Source: Candidatus Omnitrophota bacterium
Lineage (GTDB): Bacteria; Hinthialibacterota; Hinthialibacteria; Hinthialibacterales; Hinthialibacteraceae
Reading direction: 5' to 3'
Assembly: GCA_013177805.1 (NCBI GenBank)
Contig: JABLXU010000039.1
Coordinates: 6,050 to 70,049 of the forward strand
DNA: 64,000 nucleotides
Positions 61,519 through 64,000 of this stretch are shown here, one piece after another. Under the pieces are notes generated by a model. That model did not search any database. It saw only the letters and a list, made by a program, of their open reading frames with translations, and was not told the DNA's origin. Position numbers and translations under genes: made by a program. Within the stretch, counting starts at the first letter, position 1. Every line of letters begins with the position of its first letter.

Positions 61519-64000
61519 TCATTCCAAGAAACAAACCGCCTGTTGCGTTTTGGGATCGGCAAAGACCTGGATCATCCGGCCGTCTTGATGAGCGTCGATG
61601 ATCTTGATCAACCCGTCATACTCGGCCGCCTCGGGAACCAGACCGGCTAGCTGATTGGGGGTTTGTTGAAAATAGGCTTCGTTGAATTCCGCCCGGGGAT
61701 CATTGGGAAACAGGGGCAGATAGATTATCTCATCCTCCACCAAATCCAGGAAAAAGTGGCTGCCATAGGATACTTCGGGCAGGTGGCCGGATTCCTCCCG
61801 CGCGATTTCCACCAGGATCGACGTGTTGTTGATGTCCGCGTAATGCACATTGACCCCTTGCTCGATATTGCTGCTCCCCCACCGGCCCGGTCCCATCATG
61901 AGCACTTTGCCTTGCTGAATGCGGGGATGCGCGTTAATCAAGCCGATTATCCGGCCCAGCGACTTTTTCACCGGCACCGGCGCGTCGTGATACCGCTGGG
62001 GATCGATATAAATCACATACTGGATATGGGAGACCACGCCACCGTTCACAATCCGGCTCGACCGGAACAACACCCGTTCACGGGGAATATTGGACGGCAA
62101 GCTCACCTGGAGGCTGGCCAGCCCGGGCAGGGTCATGGGCCGGCACTGCAACAGATTGACGCTCACCCGCCCCCCCGGGTGGATGAACGCCGTAAATTCC
62201 GTATCGATGGGCCGGCCGTATGCCCGCGCCAAGATCTCCAGCATCCGCCCGATGATTTTCACCAGGCCGGTTTGGCGGATTAAATTGTTAAAGGTGAGCA
62301 CACATTCCTCCGCCTCGCCGTCAAGAAATGGCGACGATGGATCGATAAGGCAACCGTCTTTCATCAACGAGACATACAAATGCTGATTGGGGTAATCCCT
62401 TCCGGCAAGAATATCCGCCGCGTGGAGGGTCACCAAGTCATTGCGGTCCAAATCGAGCAGATCAACTTCGCGCTGCGAGTATTTGACCACCTTCGCGCCG
62501 GTCTCGGGCCGCAGCTCGGGATGACTGATGGCGATCAGCCGGGGATAATCCCCTCCCGTCCGGTCCACCGCCCGCGTCCCCAGGCCGAACACGAGACGGA
62601 TCATGCCTCGGCTGGGATCGATCCGGTTTGTCCAGGCGTACAGGTTATGGGAAAACGCCACCCCGGCGAGAGGGGGGAAGAAGTACCGCTGGTACTGCAT
62701 GCCGGAAACCCGCTGCACCAGCAACGCCATCTGCTCGTCGCGGTCGCTGAGACCCCGCTTGCGGCGGTAGGAGAGCGCGTCCAGATTCAGCGCGCTGGCG
62801 TACACCAGCTTGACCGCCCGAAGGAACGCCTGCAACCGTTCTTCCGGACTCCCCTGGTTACAACAAAATTCACTGCGGTACTTTCCCGCAAAGGCGTTGC
62901 CGAAACTGTCCTCCAACATGCTGCTGGAACGCACAATGATGGGCGCCTGGCCGAAATACTCCAACATATTTTGAAACTGATCGAGGATATCGTGCGGAAA
63001 ATGGCCTTCCAAAAAGCGATTTTCCACTTCCTCGTATTCCTCGCGCGAGATCTGCGCCCCCCGCGAGAGTTGCATCTTCAGCCGGAACAGGTTGTTCCGA
63101 ACCAGGAAGGTGAAAAAGACATCGGAACCGATATAAAACGAATCGTGCTCCTCCATGATCCGGGTATACTCGGATTCGCCCATCTCCCGTTTCAAGATGC
63201 TCCGCGCCAGCAGCATCCCCGCCGCTTTCCCGCCGATCCGGCCTGTGCCGATAATGCGGTTGCGGATGGCGAACAAATCCTCCTGGGTGAAATAGGTCTC
63301 GGCCAGGTCCAAAAATTCGGGATGCGTGCCGAGGATCATGCGCGCCAGTTCCTGTTTCAGCGACATGATTTCCGGCCGGGCGCTAAGGGGAACGGCATCG
63401 TCCTCGTAAAATTGGGTCAGTTTGCGGTAGACCGCTTCCCAGGGCGCGATGGATTCGGCGCCGGCGCGCAGAGGCGACTTTTGTGATAAGGACACCGCTC
63501 GCGCGGCGTCCCCGCTTTGAAACAACGGCAGAAACGCCTCTCCGTCGAGCGCATGGGGCAGGAACATTTGGGATGAATAGCGGTCCCAAACCTTCAGAGC
63601 ATGAAAATATTTCGTGTCCCCGGCGCGGTAGAGATTGATTAACAATTGGGTCGTGTCGCGGATGCGGGCCACCGCGCTGTCGTCATGATCGCCCAGTTTC
63701 AAGGCGAAATAGGCCACCGTATCCAACTCGAACAAAAACGGGCAGGTGAGCTGAAAGAAATTGGCCAACAATTCATCCGTCGCCCATTCGGCCACCAGCG
63801 AGGAAAGGTTATCAAAAACGTAAAAATATTGGCGGCCCCGCGCCTCGATGATCCGGTGCACCTGCTCGCTGAAATAATCGAATCCCGGACTGGGATCCAC
63901 CTCCACGATTTCCAATCCCGCCCGCGGTTCGAGCACCGGGGGATGCGGCGCGAACCGCATATACACGCACGGGTAACCATCCTGGATGGATTGACGGATA
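61519..64000 (-). CDS. Second PEP-synthase/PPDK-like dikinase paralog (5' end beyond the window)
   Basis: The frame stays open to the window edge (..IRQSIQDGYPCVYMRFAPH). Same motifs as 58782: IGGKAAG, VRSSSMLEDSFGNAFAGKY, MALLVQRV, LLQCRP, GPGRWG, SYGSHFF. Confidence 0.85.
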   Translation of the reverse strand, partial: IRQSIQDGYPCVYMRFAPHPPVLEPRAGLEIVEVDPSPGFDYFSEQVHRIIEARGRQYFYVFDNLSSLVAEWATDELLANFFQLTCPFLFELDTVAYFALKLGDHDDSAVARIRDTTQLLINLYRAGDTKYFHALKVWDRYSSQMFLPHALDGEAFLPLFQSGDAARAVSLSQKSPLRAGAESIAPWEAVYRKLTQFYEDDAVPLSARPEIMSLKQELARMILGTHPEFLDLAETYFTQEDLFAIRNRIIGTGRIGGKAAGMLLARSILKREMGESEYTRIMEEHDSFYIGSDVFFTFLVRNNLFRLKMQLSRGAQISREEYEEVENRFLEGHFPHDILDQFQNMLEYFGQAPIIVRSSSMLEDSFGNAFAGKYRSEFCCNQGSPEERLQAFLRAVKLVYASALNLDALSYRRKRGLSDRDEQMALLVQRVSGMQYQRYFFPPLAGVAFSHNLYAWTNRIDPSRGMIRLVFGLGTRAVDRTGGDYPRLIAISHPELRPETGAKVVKYSQREVDLLDLDRNDLVTLHAADILAGRDYPNQHLYVSLMKDGCLIDPSSPFLDGEAEECVLTFNNLIRQTGLVKIIGRMLEILARAYGRPIDTEFTAFIHPGGRVSVNLLQCRPMTLPGLASLQVSLPSNIPRERVLFRSSRIVNGGVVSHIQYVIYIDPQRYHDAPVPVKKSLGRIIGLINAHPRIQQGKVLMMGPGRWGSSNIEQGVNVHYADINNTSILVEIAREESGHLPEVSYGSHFFLDLVEDEIIYLPLFPNDPRAEFNEAYFQQTPNQLAGLVPEAAEYDGLIKIIDAHQDGRMIQVFADPKTQQAVCFLE

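Overview
This is an ordinary chromosomal segment (no phage, IS or CRISPR seen) of a GC-rich, probably anaerobic diderm bacterium. The pseudopilins ending in SxGPD...YDPSNG..SxGDI and the FG-GAP proteins recall Sumerlaeota/Hinthialibacterota-type candidate phyla; that assignment is inference only. Left to right it holds: a partial pilT, an XRE/S24 regulator, DUF89 + APS reductase, a patatin, FG-GAP proteins, a porin, trpE-trpG, a sirtuin, an alkaline-phosphatase-family enzyme, purA, an ECF sigma/FecR/pseudopilin cluster, an NtrC-like regulator lacking GAFTGA, TPR and USP proteins, a PilZ-STAS-REC/STAS pair, System II cytochrome c biogenesis genes, thpR, glnD with a degenerate GAF-HD-GYP gene, a complete hdrCBA-mvhDGA-protease-hypA cluster, an FGGY kinase and tRNA-Leu(CAA). 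The most interesting region is the right end. There gdhA is divergent from a bacterial nrpR, with tandem NrpR-type operators between them. Two convergent paralogous dikinase-like genes follow (KaiC/RecA-like + PPDK-type ATP-grasp + phospho-His domain, no pyruvate-binding barrel), forming a candidate undescribed nitrogen-linked phosphotransfer system. A roughly 200-nt unannotated structured RNA candidate lies at 6291-6488 on the minus strand.
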